A stretch of DNA of 64,000 nt from an uncultured delta proteobacterium (GTDB lineage: Bacteria > Myxococcota_A > Polyangia > Haliangiales > Haliangiaceae), in assembly GCA_963848295.1 (NCBI GenBank), contig CAWKDB010000002.1, positions 1,280,001 to 1,344,000 of the forward strand, in the 5' to 3' direction. Position numbers and translations under genes: made by a program. This document shows positions 38,896 to 50,894 of this stretch, in pieces; the first letter of the stretch is position 1, and every line of letters starts with the position of its first letter. The notes under the pieces are model-generated. The model saw nothing but the letters and a program-made list of their open reading frames with translations, was not told where the DNA came from and made no database searches.

Positions 38896-40037
38896 GGTGG
38901 GTCTCCCGGCAACGCCGTCGGTTTCGGCGGCTTCGCCTTACCGAGCCCGAGCTTCGTCCTGACCCGGCGCCACGGGCCGGTGTCCCACAGCTCTTTGATC
39001 CCGAACAGGCCCTGAGGTCGCACGATCATCACGACGATCAGCGCGAGCGCATAGACCGGCATGCGGTAGTCAGAAAAGCTGCGGAACAGCTCCGGCATGA
39101 TCGTGAGCCCTATCGCCGCGAAGATCACGCCGGTGATCGAGCCCATGCCGCCGAGCACGACGATGATCACGAGGTCGATCGACTTCTGGAAGCCGAGCTC
39201 GCGTGGGTTCAACGTGGTGCCGAGCTCGTGCGCGAACAGCGCGCCGCCGATGCCGGCAAAGAACGCCGCCATCACGAACGAGATAACCTTGACCCGCGCG
39301 GTGTCGATGCCCATCGCGCTCGCCGCGATCTCGTTCTCGCGCACCGCGAGCAGCTGGCGGCCCTTCGACGACGTCTTCAGCCGATACGCCGCGATCACGG
39401 TGATCGCGACGAACACGTAGACGATGAAGATGCGCGTGTACGTCGGCACCCCACCGAACCCGAGGCTGCCGCCGAGATGTCCGAGCGCGTCGACCATGCT
39501 GCTGGCCCGGAACTGCTTGACGTAGAGCACCTCGTCGGTGCGCTGCACGAGCACGCGCACGATCTCGCCGAAGCCGAGCGTGACGATCGCGAGGTAATCG
39601 CCGCGCAGCCGCAGCGACGGCAGGCCAACGACGAGCCCGGTCACCGCGGCGAGCATGCCGCCGAGCACGCAGCCGCCGAGGAACAACCAGTCGCCGCCAC
39701 CGAATAGCTCGCCGTGGATCTTTGCCGAACCCCACAGCTGGATCGACCCGTAATAGGTCAGCCACGCGGCCGCGTAGCCACCGATCATCATGAAGCCGGC
39801 GTGGCCGAGCGAGAACTGACCGCAGAAGCCGTTGACGATGTTGAGCGACACCGCGAGCACGATCGCGATGCCGATGTCGAGCAGCAGCTTCGCGGGAAAC
39901 GGCCCGATCAGCGGGGCGATGATCTGCTGGAGCAGCCACGCGAGGACGAGCCCCGCCGCGATCGGCGCGATCGAACGCATGATCGCACTCGCGAAGCTGG
40001 CGCGATGAGCCGCGACGCGTTCGCCGAGCCGCTTCAT
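38892..40037 (-). CDS. livM: Branched-chain amino acid ABC permease
   Basis: [45 protein letters not shown]. Confidence 0.92.
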   Translation of the reverse strand: MKRLGERVAAHRASFASAIMRSIAPIAAGLVLAWLLQQIIAPLIGPFPAKLLLDIGIAIVLAVSLNIVNGFCGQFSLGHAGFMMIGGYAAAWLTYYGSIQLWGSAKIHGELFGGGDWLFLGGCVLGGMLAAVTGLVVGLPSLRLRGDYLAIVTLGFGEIVRVLVQRTDEVLYVKQFRASSMVDALGHLGGSLGFGGVPTYTRIFIVYVFVAITVIAAYRLKTSSKGRQLLAVRENEIAASAMGIDTARVKVISFVMAAFFAGIGGALFAHELGTTLNPRELGFQKSIDLVIIVVLGGMGSITGVIFAAIGLTIMPELFRSFSDYRMPVYALALIVVMIVRPQGLFGIKELWDTGPWRRVRTKLGLGKAKPPKPTALPGDPP

Positions 40038-42232
40038 ACCTTCTCCACCGCCGTCGAGCCGAACAGCCCGCTCGGCTTGACCAACAGCACGACGATCAAG
40101 ATCGTGAACACGTAGACATCGCGCAGCTGGCTCGACAGGAACGCCGCGCCGAACTCCTGGACCGCGGCGATCAACAGCGCGCCGATCGCGGCGCCGCGCA
40201 CGTCACCGATGCCACCGACGACGGCCGCGACGAACGCGGTCAGACCGAGCAACACCCACTGCGAGCCAGCCGTGATCTGCAGGGCCTCGTACTTCACCGC
40301 GAACAACAAGCCGCCGGCGGCGGCGAGCGCCGAGCCGACCGCGAACGTGATCGTGACGACGCGATCGACGTTGATGCCCATCAGCGATGCCACCCGCTCG
40401 TCGAACGACACCGCGCGCATCGCGCGCCCGAGCTTTGTCCTGTAGACGAGGAACTGCAGCGCGCCGACCAGGACGAGCGCGAGCACGAGGACGACCATGT
40501 CGACGACGCGGAGCTCGACGCCCGCGATCGTGGCGAGCGAGCTATCGGCGATCAGCGGCGGCATGTGCTGCGGGTTCGGGCCGAACGCCCACGGCAGCGT
40601 GCCGGTGTTCTGGAGCAGCAGCGACACGCCGATCGCGGTGATCAGCACGTTGAGCCGCGGCGCGTTGCGCAGTGGGCGGTACGCGAGTCGTTCGATCGTC
40701 ACACCGAGCGCGGCGCATGCGGCCATCGCGATGATCAGCACGACCGGGAACGCGAACGCCGGCGCCGCATCACCCCAGCCGAGCTTCATCGCGACGGTGA
40801 ACGACAGCCACGCGCCGAACGTGAACACGTCGGAGTGCGCGAAGTTGATGAACTTCAACACGCCGTAGACCAGCGTGTAGCCGAGCGCGATCAGCGCGTA
40901 CAGCGCGCCGAGCGACAAGCTGTCGACGAGGGTCTGCAGCAGCTTCGTGAACAGCGACGCCGTTCGGTGCTCCTTCGGAGCGGCCGCAGCCGCCGGCGGC
41001 GGCGGTGCACCCGATGCGCTCACCGGACACGGCTCCAAGTCGACCGGCGGCGCCTCGGGAGGGATCTCGCCCGGCGGTGTGATCGTCGCGGCGTAGTGGG
41101 GCTTGCCGCAGTGGATGACGAGCATGACCGCGCTCTTGACCGGGTTGCGATCGGCATCGAGCGTGATCTTGCCGGTGACGCCGGGATACCCCTTGGTCGC
41201 GGCGATCGCGGCGGCGAGCGGCTCGCCGTCGAGCGAGGGCGAGCGATCCATCGCGTCGAACAGCACCCCGGCCGCGTCGTAGCCGAGCGCCGCGAGCCCG
41301 TCCGGCACGACGCCCCAACGCGCCTTGAACGCGGCGACGAACTGTTTGACCGCCGGCCTCGTCTCCTCGAAGGAGTAGTGATTCGCGTAGTAGCTACCTT
41401 CGATCGCATCGCCGCCGATCTCGGTCAGCTTCTCCGAGTCCCAGCCATCGCCGCCGAGGAACGGCACGGCGATCCCGAGCTTGCGTGCCTGACGCGCGAT
41501 GTTGCCGGCGTCGGTGTAGTAGCCCGGCAGGAAGATCGCCTCGGGCGACGTATCCTTGAGCGATTGCAGCTGCGCGGACAAGTCGACGTCGCCGCCGGTG
41601 TACGCCTGCATCGTCGTGATCGTCCCGCCGAGCTGGCGGAACGCGACGTCGAAGCTCTCGGCGAGGCCCTTCGAATACGCCTGCTGCTGATCGTACAGGA
41701 CGCCGATCTTCTGCGCGTGCAGGTTATCGCGCGCGAACTTCGCGACGACGAAGCCCTGGAATTGATCGATGAAGCAGACCCGAGAGATCATGTCGCCGAT
41801 CTGCGTCACGCTCTCGTTCGTCGACGACGGCGAGATCATCGGCACGCCATACTGCTGGGCGACCGCGCCGCCGGCCTTCGACAGGCTCGACGACACCTCG
41901 CCGATCACCGCAACGACATCGTGCTCGGTGATGAGCCGGGTGACCGCGGTACCGGCCTCCTGCGACTTGCCGGCATCGTCCAGCGTCACCACCTCGATCG
42001 GCCGGCCGTGCACACCGCCCTTCGCGTTGCGCTGTTCGATCGCCAGCTCCACGCCCTTGTTCGTCGACTGGCCGAACGTCGCTTCCGAGCCGGTCATCGA
42101 CCCGTATTGGCCGATCACGATCGGCCCGCTGCCGCTGTCGTGATGCTTCCACGGCTTGCGTTGCGGAGAGAGCTCGTCGCAGGCCAGCCAGCACGCGGCC
42201 ACGGAGAGCAAGACCAGCCAGCGGCGAACCAC
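40034..42232 (-). CDS. Fused LivK/LivJ substrate-binding protein and LivH permease
   Basis: Lipoprotein-like signal and PBP1 Liv domain (RVCFIDQFQG, GGDGWDS), Pro-rich linker, then LivH (GALYALIALGYTLVYG..INFAH, GRAMRAV, AAVVGGIG). Confidence 0.88.
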   Translation of the reverse strand: MVRRWLVLLSVAACWLACDELSPQRKPWKHHDSGSGPIVIGQYGSMTGSEATFGQSTNKGVELAIEQRNAKGGVHGRPIEVVTLDDAGKSQEAGTAVTRLITEHDVVAVIGEVSSSLSKAGGAVAQQYGVPMISPSSTNESVTQIGDMISRVCFIDQFQGFVVAKFARDNLHAQKIGVLYDQQQAYSKGLAESFDVAFRQLGGTITTMQAYTGGDVDLSAQLQSLKDTSPEAIFLPGYYTDAGNIARQARKLGIAVPFLGGDGWDSEKLTEIGGDAIEGSYYANHYSFEETRPAVKQFVAAFKARWGVVPDGLAALGYDAAGVLFDAMDRSPSLDGEPLAAAIAATKGYPGVTGKITLDADRNPVKSAVMLVIHCGKPHYAATITPPGEIPPEAPPVDLEPCPVSASGAPPPPAAAAAPKEHRTASLFTKLLQTLVDSLSLGALYALIALGYTLVYGVLKFINFAHSDVFTFGAWLSFTVAMKLGWGDAAPAFAFPVVLIIAMAACAALGVTIERLAYRPLRNAPRLNVLITAIGVSLLLQNTGTLPWAFGPNPQHMPPLIADSSLATIAGVELRVVDMVVLVLALVLVGALQFLVYRTKLGRAMRAVSFDERVASLMGINVDRVVTITFAVGSALAAAGGLLFAVKYEALQITAGSQWVLLGLTAFVAAVVGGIGDVRGAAIGALLIAAVQEFGAAFLSSQLRDVYVFTILIVVLLVKPSGLFGSTAVEKV

Positions 42233-42278
42233 GTGCCTGCGTACTAACCCCCGCCGGTGCTGTCAACCGCTGCGGGGC

Positions 42279-42779
42279 TCAGCCGGCGCGCGCGAGCTGC
42301 GATGCGTGGATCGGCGCCGACGGTTGGAGCAGCGCGAGCTGGCGCAGCCGCTCGGTCGCGAAGCGACCGGCGAGGCTCGCGTAGACCTCCGGCTCGGCGA
42401 GGTCGTGTAGGGTCGGCAGCACGTGCTCGTCCTCGTAAGCTGCGTGGACCTTGACGAGCGTCGCGAGCCGGGCCGCGCGCTGGCGCCACGTCGGACTGGC
42501 GGGCAGCGCCTCGACGAGATCGACGAGCGCACCCTCCTGCGCGAGGTGCTGGTCGCGCGCGTGACCGACCATCGCGTCGATGACGTCGGGGTGCGCGCAC
42601 CGCGTCACGGCGAACGCCAGCACGATGTCCTCGGCCTCGGCGTGCGCGGTCAGCCCGAGGCGCACACCGTCGAGCAGATTTCGAATCTGCGGGAGGGTGC
42701 GCGCGTCGAGCAACGCGGCGAGCCCGCCCTGGATGTCTTGGTGATCGCGACGCAGGAGAATGGCGATGTCGACCGGCAT
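42279..42779 (-). CDS. Hemerythrin-like (HHE) domain protein
   Basis: LRRDH, HAEAED, DQH, HAAYEDEHVLP. Confidence 0.75.
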   Translation of the reverse strand: MPVDIAILLRRDHQDIQGGLAALLDARTLPQIRNLLDGVRLGLTAHAEAEDIVLAFAVTRCAHPDVIDAMVGHARDQHLAQEGALVDLVEALPASPTWRQRAARLATLVKVHAAYEDEHVLPTLHDLAEPEVYASLAGRFATERLRQLALLQPSAPIHASQLARAG

Positions 42780-42792
42780 GTAACGATGCGAG

Positions 42793-42808
42793 TGCAGTCG
42801 TGATGCCG
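42793..42808 (-). promoter_or_regulatory. Sigma54 promoter
   Basis: CGGCATC-ACGA-CTGCA; 14 nt between the GC and ATG 42779. Confidence 0.55.
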
Positions 42809-43009
42809 CGTGACGAAAGGTACGCGGGCATGCGGACGGGAGTGTCGTCGGAAAGCGAGCTTACGGATGGCGATGAATGGATTCACTGTAGGCGCGCAAG
42901 ACAGACGCGGGACAGAGCGCTCGTGCGACACCAGCGCACGCGCTAGTCGAGACTCACAACGAGTGTCCGGCGCGCCGCGTTGTGGCCGACGACGCGTTAC
43001 AGTCGGCAA

Positions 43010-43873
43010 GTGACCTCCGCGCGCGGCCGGTTCCTGGCCAACCGCGGCGCCGTCGTCGGTGCCGTCCTGGTCGCGCTGCTGCTCGCCCTCGCCGTGTTTG
43101 CGCCATTACTCGAGCGCAGGGACCCGATCGCGCTCGACATCGATCACGGTCTGACCTCGCTCGGAGCCCCGCTGCCGCCCTCGCTGGATGCGCCACTCGG
43201 CACCGACCACCTCGGGCGCGATGTCTGGTCGCGGATCGTCGCGGGCGCGGGCACGTCGCTCGAGATCGCCACCGCCGCGACCGGGATCGCGCTCGCGCTG
43301 GGCTTGCTCGTCGGCCTGGTCGCGGGCTACGCCGGAGGCCGCACCGATGATCTCTTGATGCGGCTCGTCGATCTCGGCCTGTCGTTCCCGTTCTTGCTGC
43401 TCGCGATCTTGCTCGCCGCGCTGTTGCACGAGTCCAAGCTCGGATCGTCGAACGCGCCCGTCTACCTGACGCTCGGGGTCGTCGGCTGGACCACGATCGC
43501 GCGCGTGGTGCGCGGCAAGGCGATGACGCTCGCGCGCAGCGAGATGGTGACCGCCGCCCGCGCGATCGGCGCGAGCCCGGCGCGGATCATGACGCGCTAT
43601 CTGCTGCCGAATCTCGCGAGCCTCGTCTTCGCGCTCACCGCGCTCGGCTTCGCGCAGAACCTGATCGCCGAGTCGGTGCTGTCGTACCTCGGGCTCGGCC
43701 CGCAGCCGCCGACTCCGTCGTGGGGCCGCATGCTCTACGAAGGCCGCGTCTATTATCGCAGCGCCCCTTGGCTCGTGCTCGCCCCCGGTGTCGCGATCAT
43801 GCTCGCGGTCGTCGGGTTCAACCTCGTCGGCGACGGCCTGCGCGACGCGCTCGATCCGAAGGAGCGGCGATGA
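43010..43873 (+). CDS. Peptide ABC permease (DppC/OppC)
   Basis: LGTDHLGRDVWSR, AARAIGAS, LSYLGLG, PSWG, GDGLRDALDP. Confidence 0.92.
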   Translation: MTSARGRFLANRGAVVGAVLVALLLALAVFAPLLERRDPIALDIDHGLTSLGAPLPPSLDAPLGTDHLGRDVWSRIVAGAGTSLEIATAATGIALALGLLVGLVAGYAGGRTDDLLMRLVDLGLSFPFLLLAILLAALLHESKLGSSNAPVYLTLGVVGWTTIARVVRGKAMTLARSEMVTAARAIGASPARIMTRYLLPNLASLVFALTALGFAQNLIAESVLSYLGLGPQPPTPSWGRMLYEGRVYYRSAPWLVLAPGVAIMLAVVGFNLVGDGLRDALDPKERR

Positions 43874-45483
43874 ATCGCGCGATCGTCGTCGTGCTCGCGC
43901 TCGCCGCGTGCGAGCCACCCGACCACGGACCGCGGTGGCGCGCCGCCGGGAGCTCGACGCCGCGCGACGGCGGCACGCTGCGCTTCGCGATCAACGGCGA
44001 GGTCCGCACGCTCGATCCGACGATCGCGTACGACGAGTATTCGTTCTACGGCGTCCACCCGCTGTTCGACACGCTGATCGGCTACGAGCCGAGCTCGCCC
44101 GACGATCCGACGGCGGGACTGCGCCTCGTGCCACGGCTCGCCGAACGCTGGGAGCTGTCGCCCGACGGCGAGACCTACACGTTCGTGCTACGGCCCGATC
44201 TGCAATATGCGGACGGCTCGCCGATCGTCGCGGCCGATTTCATCTATAGCTTCGAGCACGCGATCGCTACGCCCGATTCGCCGTTCGGCCCGATGATCGG
44301 CGACGTGGTTGGAGCGTCGGAGCTGCGCGATCATCACGCCGACCATGCCGCCGGTCTCACCGCCCCGGACGCCCGCACGTTGCGCATCGAGCTCGTGCGC
44401 CAGGACGCCGCGCTGCCGTATGTGCTGACGATGCCGTTCACGACGCCTCAACGCGCCGACCACCCGAGCACCTCGGGTCCGTTCGCGCTCGAGTCGTGGG
44501 ACCGCGGCCAGATGCTGCGACTCCGCAAGAACCCCCGGTCGTGGGCGGCCCGCTCGGTCCATCTCGACGCGATCGACGTGCTCGAGGACGTCCCCCGCGA
44601 CACCGCGTTCCTGATGTTCCAGCGCGGCGAGATCGATACGTGCGACAAGCTCGCCGCCCCCGATTTCGTTTCGCTGCGCGAGCAACCCGCTTGGCAGCCC
44701 TATGTGTTCGAGCGCGCGATCATGAACGCGTTCGGCGCGCGGATGAACGTCCGCACGAAGCCGTTCGACGATCGCCGCGTCCGCCAGGCTCTCAACTACG
44801 CGGTCGACAAGGATCACCTCGTCAAGCTGTTACACGGCGCCGCGGTGCCCGCGCACGGAGTGCTGGCGCCCGGGATGTTCGGGCGCGACGATACGCTCGC
44901 GCCGTACCCGCATGATCCGGCGAAGGCGCGCGCGCTGCTCGCCGAGGCCGGCTATGGCTCCGGGTTCGAGGTCGAGTACGTCACCCAGGACGACTTCGAG
45001 GCGGTGACGATCGGAGAATCGCTGCAAGCCGATCTCGCCGCGGTGGGGGTCCGAGTGAGGATCACCCAACTCGAGCTCGCGACGTTCGGCACCGCGGTGG
45101 GGAGGGCTGACGGCCCGCCGTTCTCGCTGTGGTCGTGGGCCGGTGATTACCCAGATCCGACGAACTACTTCGACGTGATGTTTCACTCGCGGATGATCGC
45201 GGACGAGAATTCGAACAATAACTCGTTCTACTCGAACCCCGAGCTCGACGCGTTGCTCGACCAGGCGCGCGGTGAGACCGACCGGGCGACGCGAGCGGAG
45301 ATGTATCACCGGGTCGAGCGGATCCTCTACGACGACGCGCCGTGGATCTGGGGCTACCACCAACTCATGACCGAGGTCGTGCAGCCTTACGTCAAAGGCT
45401 ACGCACCGCATCCGGTGTGGCTGCGCGACTACACGACGGCCTGGCTCGATCTCGGGCCGAACGGCGAGCGAGTCGCGCGATGA
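43870..45483 (+). CDS. Peptide ABC substrate-binding lipoprotein (family 5)
   Basis: LAAC lipobox; LAERWELSPDG.TYTF; PFDDRRVRQALNYAVD; W.GDYPDP. Confidence 0.9.
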   Translation: MNRAIVVVLALAACEPPDHGPRWRAAGSSTPRDGGTLRFAINGEVRTLDPTIAYDEYSFYGVHPLFDTLIGYEPSSPDDPTAGLRLVPRLAERWELSPDGETYTFVLRPDLQYADGSPIVAADFIYSFEHAIATPDSPFGPMIGDVVGASELRDHHADHAAGLTAPDARTLRIELVRQDAALPYVLTMPFTTPQRADHPSTSGPFALESWDRGQMLRLRKNPRSWAARSVHLDAIDVLEDVPRDTAFLMFQRGEIDTCDKLAAPDFVSLREQPAWQPYVFERAIMNAFGARMNVRTKPFDDRRVRQALNYAVDKDHLVKLLHGAAVPAHGVLAPGMFGRDDTLAPYPHDPAKARALLAEAGYGSGFEVEYVTQDDFEAVTIGESLQADLAAVGVRVRITQLELATFGTAVGRADGPPFSLWSWAGDYPDPTNYFDVMFHSRMIADENSNNNSFYSNPELDALLDQARGETDRATRAEMYHRVERILYDDAPWIWGYHQLMTEVVQPYVKGYAPHPVWLRDYTTAWLDLGPNGERVAR

Positions 45484-46409
45484 GCTTCGTGCTGCGCCGG
45501 ATCGGGTGGTCGCTGGTCGTCGTGTGGTTCGTCGTCACCGCGACGTTCGCGATGATCGCGCTGATCCCGGCAGATCCGATGAAGGCCTTGCTCGGGCCCC
45601 ACGCGACGCACGACGCGATCGTCGACGCGCGCGCGCACTACTGCCTCGATCGCGGGCTCGCGGCGCAATACGGCTGCTTCGTCGATCACGTCGTTCACGG
45701 CGATCTCGGCGAGAGCTATCGCAGCAAGCGTGCGGTGACCGCGATCCTCGCGGAGCGAATCTGGCCGACGGCTCAGCTCGCGCTCGCCGCGATCGCGTTG
45801 CAGCTGTTGATCGGGGTGCCGCTCGGGGTGATCGCGGCGTTGCGGCGGAATCGCTGGCCGGACTATGCGTCGAATCTCGCCGGACTCGTCGGCCAGAGCG
45901 CACCGACGTTCTTCGTCGGCATGGTGCTGATCTACCTGCTGTCGTTTCGGTTCGGCTGGTTCCCGATCAGCGGCTACGGCGAGCCCGGGTTGGATCGGCT
46001 CTATCATCTCGTGTTACCGGCGCTCACGCTCGCCGCGGTCGGGGTCGCCTACTACGCGCGGGTCGTGCGCAGCGAGCTGATCGACACGCTGCGAGAGGAC
46101 TACGTGCGGACCGCGCGCGCGAAGGGGCTGTCCGAGCGCCGCGTGATCGTCAAGCATGCGTTGCGGAACGCGCTCGGCCCGCTGGTCACGCTCGTCGGCT
46201 TGGACCTCGGCGTGCTGCTCGGCGGTGCGGTCGTCGTCGAGTACCTGTTCGCGTGGCCCGGGATCGGCCGCGAGGTCTTGCAAGCGATCCACGATCTCGA
46301 CATTCCGCTCGTGCTCGGTGTCGTCTTGCTCGCGGCGGTCGCGATCGCGGTCGCAAACTTGATCGTCGACCTCGTCTATCTGTGGCTCGATCCGAGGCTG
46401 CGTGACTGA
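45480..46409 (+). CDS. Peptide ABC permease (DppB/OppB)
   Basis: GDLGESY, DYVRTARAKGL, KHALRNAL, FAWPGIG, LDPRLR. Confidence 0.92.
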   Translation: MSFVLRRIGWSLVVVWFVVTATFAMIALIPADPMKALLGPHATHDAIVDARAHYCLDRGLAAQYGCFVDHVVHGDLGESYRSKRAVTAILAERIWPTAQLALAAIALQLLIGVPLGVIAALRRNRWPDYASNLAGLVGQSAPTFFVGMVLIYLLSFRFGWFPISGYGEPGLDRLYHLVLPALTLAAVGVAYYARVVRSELIDTLREDYVRTARAKGLSERRVIVKHALRNALGPLVTLVGLDLGVLLGGAVVVEYLFAWPGIGREVLQAIHDLDIPLVLGVVLLAAVAIAVANLIVDLVYLWLDPRLRD

Positions 46410-47610
46410 CGCCGACCGCCACCGCCGCGCTTTCAAGTTCCTGATCCTGCTCGGCTGGGTCAGCTTGCTCGCCGACCTCTGCCACGAGGGCATGCGCTCG
46501 GTGCTCGGCCCGTACCTCGAGCTGCTCGGTGCGAGCGCGACCGCGGTCGGCGCGGTCAGCGGCACCGGCGAGGCCGTCGGGTTCGCGCTGCGCTACTGGA
46601 CCGGCTCGATCGCCGATCGCACGCAAGCGTATTGGGGGCTGACGATCGCGGGTTACGCGATCAACCTCGTCGCCGTGCCCGCGCTCGCGCTCGTCGGCAG
46701 TTGGCCGGCGGTGGCGGCGCTCGTCGCGCTCGAACGGCTCGGCAAGGCGGTGCGCTCGCCCGCGAAGTCGACGCTCACATCGTTCGCGGGCAAAGACCTC
46801 GGACCGGGCCGCGCGTTCGCGATCAACGAGGCGATGGATCAGGCCGGCGCCCTGCTCGGCCCGCTCGCGGTCGCCGCGGTGCTCGCGTGGCGCGGCGCGA
46901 ACGCGTCGGGCTTCGCGTGGGCGTTCGGATTGCTCGCGTTGCCCGGGCTCGCGACCGTCGCGGTGCTCGTGCGCGCGCGTCGGCTGTATCCCGATCCTCA
47001 CACGATCGAAGGCGACGCGGACAGCGCGGACGCGGCCGGCCGGCTCGCCCCTCGCTATCGCGTGTATCTGGTCGGTGTCGCGCTCGTCGCGATCGGCCTC
47101 GCCGACTGGCCCCTGCTCGCGTACCACTTCGGCAAGACCGGCATGCTCTCCGTGAAGTGGCTGCCGATCGTCTATGCCGGAGCGATGGCGCTCGACGGCC
47201 TGGTCTCGCTCGCCGCGGGTCTCGCGTTCGACCGCGGCCGAGCGCGCGGCGGCACCGGCGCCGGCGTCGTCGCCCTGTTCGTGATCGCGGGCGCGGCGTA
47301 CGGCCCGCTCGCGTTCGCACCGTCGGGCTCGCTCGCGCTCGCGATCGTCGGCATCGCGCTGTGGACGATCGCGCGCGCGTCGACCGAATCGATCGGCAAG
47401 GCGCTGATCGCCGCGATCGTGCCACATGCGCAACGTGGTCGCGCCTACGGGATTTACTACGTCGTCTACGGGCTCGCGTGGTGGGCTGGCAGCATCGCGC
47501 TCGGCCGGCTCTACGACGCCGAACCAAGTTACGCCGGTGTTGCAGCGACCGCATCGTTGACGCTCGGCGCAATCGTAGTGGCTATATCGGGCACGCGACG
47601 ACGTGCCTGA
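46402..47610 (+). CDS. MFS transporter
   Basis: About 12 TM; ERLGKAVRSP, EAMDQAGALLGP. Confidence 0.85.
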   Translation: MTDADRHRRAFKFLILLGWVSLLADLCHEGMRSVLGPYLELLGASATAVGAVSGTGEAVGFALRYWTGSIADRTQAYWGLTIAGYAINLVAVPALALVGSWPAVAALVALERLGKAVRSPAKSTLTSFAGKDLGPGRAFAINEAMDQAGALLGPLAVAAVLAWRGANASGFAWAFGLLALPGLATVAVLVRARRLYPDPHTIEGDADSADAAGRLAPRYRVYLVGVALVAIGLADWPLLAYHFGKTGMLSVKWLPIVYAGAMALDGLVSLAAGLAFDRGRARGGTGAGVVALFVIAGAAYGPLAFAPSGSLALAIVGIALWTIARASTESIGKALIAAIVPHAQRGRAYGIYYVVYGLAWWAGSIALGRLYDAEPSYAGVAATASLTLGAIVVAISGTRRRA

Positions 47611-47631
47611 TTTCCCTATCTACGAATTTCA

Positions 47632-47647
47632 CGGCACGGCTCATGCT
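47632..47647 (+). promoter_or_regulatory. Sigma54 promoter
   Basis: CGGCACG-GCTC-ATGCT; 13 nt between the GC and ATG 47660. Confidence 0.65.
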
Positions 47648-47659
47648 CTACGTCGCGCC

Positions 47660-48340
47660 ATGCGCAGTCTTATCGTCGCTCTACTCGTCGCCATTCCTGC
47701 CTGTGATATCGGCAACCTCGACCTCGGGCTCGACTCGTCGCGCCACCTAGCGGCGGCCTACTACGATGGTCACTCAGTGGCGATAACCGCTTGTCCGACC
47801 GATGGCTTCCTCGGTTGCGGCTCGCCGCAGCCCGACGACGCGGTCGAGCTGACTTACAATAACCAGAAGCTCGAGGTCCCCGCAGATCCGGACGCGGATG
47901 TCGTACTTGGTGCCAGCGGCGCGCTCGCAAATGCCCCGTTCCAGGCCACGATCCCCGCGCCGTGGAATGGACGCTTAGACCTCACGATCAACGGGACCAC
48001 CGCAACCGTCGACCTGCCATCGGGCTTCGCGATCGACGCGCTACCGGCGACGCTGTCGCGCGCCGCCGGTGCCCTCGACGTCACGTTCGAGCGGCTCGCT
48101 GAGGTCAACGCCGAGCCGACCGCCGCCCTGTACGCGACATGCGCCGACGGCACGCAGCGCATCGACGCGTTTGCCGAGGTCACCGAGGGCGAGCTGCTGC
48201 TGACGTTCGATCAGCTGCCCGCATCGGCCGGCGCCTGCGACGAGGAGCTCGAGATCACCGAGCCGGTGTTGAGCTCTGATCCGGCGATCGAGACCGAGAT
48301 CTACCGGATCGAGCGCGCGACATTCACCAGCGAGCCTTAG
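47660..48340 (+). CDS. Hypothetical lipoprotein
   Basis: MRSLIVALLVAIPAC signal/lipobox. Confidence 0.7.
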   Translation: MRSLIVALLVAIPACDIGNLDLGLDSSRHLAAAYYDGHSVAITACPTDGFLGCGSPQPDDAVELTYNNQKLEVPADPDADVVLGASGALANAPFQATIPAPWNGRLDLTINGTTATVDLPSGFAIDALPATLSRAAGALDVTFERLAEVNAEPTAALYATCADGTQRIDAFAEVTEGELLLTFDQLPASAGACDEELEITEPVLSSDPAIETEIYRIERATFTSEP

Positions 48341-48346
48341 CGACCC

Positions 48347-48661
48347 TCACTGCTCGGCGAACGTGCCGTGCTGAAGCTGGAGCATCTTCTCGTTCGACGA
48401 GAACGCGATGAGGTGATGGTTCGCGAAATTGAGCACGACGCTGAGCGTGTAGCCCGACGATCCGAGATACGACACCGCGTACGCGTCGTCGCTCACCTTG
48501 GCGACTTCGTACTTGTCGACGTGGGTGGGCTTGCTGCCCTTGGCCATCGAGAAGTCCACCGAGCCGTCGTCGTGGAACTCGTGGGTGATCGCCTTGCCGG
48601 CCATCCGGCCGTCTTGGAATTCGAACGTGAGCGTCTTGCCGCGAATCGGGTTCTTCGACAT
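48347..48661 (-). CDS. Small beta-rich protein (possibly MoaF N-terminal-like)
   Basis: GGAGG RBS; beta-strand pattern; sigma54-like GGGCCCG-GTGC-TTGCA at 48684-48699. Confidence 0.6.
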   Translation of the reverse strand: MSKNPIRGKTLTFEFQDGRMAGKAITHEFHDDGSVDFSMAKGSKPTHVDKYEVAKVSDDAYAVSYLGSSGYTLSVVLNFANHHLIAFSSNEKMLQLQHGTFAEQ

Positions 48662-48727
48662 CGGTGCCTCCGCAGCCGAAGGCTGCAAGCACCGGGCCCT
48701 GAGCGCTGACGCACGGCGTGCGGAGCG

Positions 48728-49752
48728 TCAGTCGCCGTCGAGCGCGCGGTCTTCGCGGCCGGCGCGCTTGCTCGGCTTCTTCGCGGCACCGAGCCCGAGC
48801 TCCGCGAGCTTCTTGCGCAGCGTGTTGCGATTGAGCCCCAGGATCTCGGCGGCCTTGACCTGGTTGCCGCCGGTGTTAGCGAGCACGAGATCGAACAGCG
48901 GACGCTCGACGCGCGCGAGCACCTTGTCGTAGAGGTCGTGGACGGGATAGCCGTCGATCCGCGCCAACAGGCCGGCGAGCTTCGCCTTGACCATGTCCTC
49001 GAACGCGAGATCCTCGAGCGGCACGCGCTCGGCGACGACCGGCAAGATCTCGTCGACGTCGCCCGCTTCGATCCGGCTGCGGCTGACCCGAACCACGAGC
49101 CGGCGCGCGATCGACTTGAGCTCGGCGACGTTGCCCGGCCACGGATAGGCACCGAGCCGGGCATGCGCGCGACTCGACACGGTCGGCTTGCCTCGCCCGA
49201 CCTCGGCGGCGTAGTGGCGGACCCAGCGCTCGAACAGCGTCGGCAGGTCCGCGATGCGATCGCGCAACGGTGGCACTTCGATCCGACGAGCCGCGAACAG
49301 CTCGTAGAAATCGCGCGACACGATCTTCGCCTCGACTGCACGCTGGACATCGACATCGGCGGTCGCGACGACCTGCAGGTCGGTGGCATCGGCTCCGATC
49401 GCACGCTCGAGCGTGCGCTGCGAAGGCGCCGACAGATCGCTGACGTCTTTGACGAGCAACGTGCCACCGGCGGCCGCGTGCAAGGCGCGACGGGCTCGCT
49501 CGCAATCGTCGCCCGGACCTTGCGCGACGTCGCCGCCTTCGAACGTCGGCCGTACCGCGACGAACCGGCCGCGGCCCCGCGGGCCGCTTTGATGGAGCAC
49601 GCGCGCGACGAGCTCGCGGCCCGTACCGTGCTCGCCGGCGATCAACACCGGAGCGCCTCCATCGGCGAAGGCCTCGACTCGCGCGACGACCGCGCGCATC
49701 GCCGCGCTCTCGGCGACGAGAAAGTGGTTCGCACGCAGCGACGCGGCGAGCA

Positions 49753-49753
<1 letters not shown>
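48728..49753 (-). CDS. Degenerate NtrC-type AAA+ domain with Fis-type HTH
   Basis: GEHGTGRE, VPPLRDR, YPWPGNVAEL, DLYDKVLARVERPL..GGNQVKAAEILGLNRNTLRKKL; start overlaps the dusB stop. Confidence 0.82.
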
Positions 49754-50817
<1,064 letters not shown>

Positions 50818-50894
50818 GCACGGTATGTACCGGATGCGCCACCGGACGTAAATGTCGGATTGCGCGGATAGGTGGACCGAGGCGCCGCCCCCTG

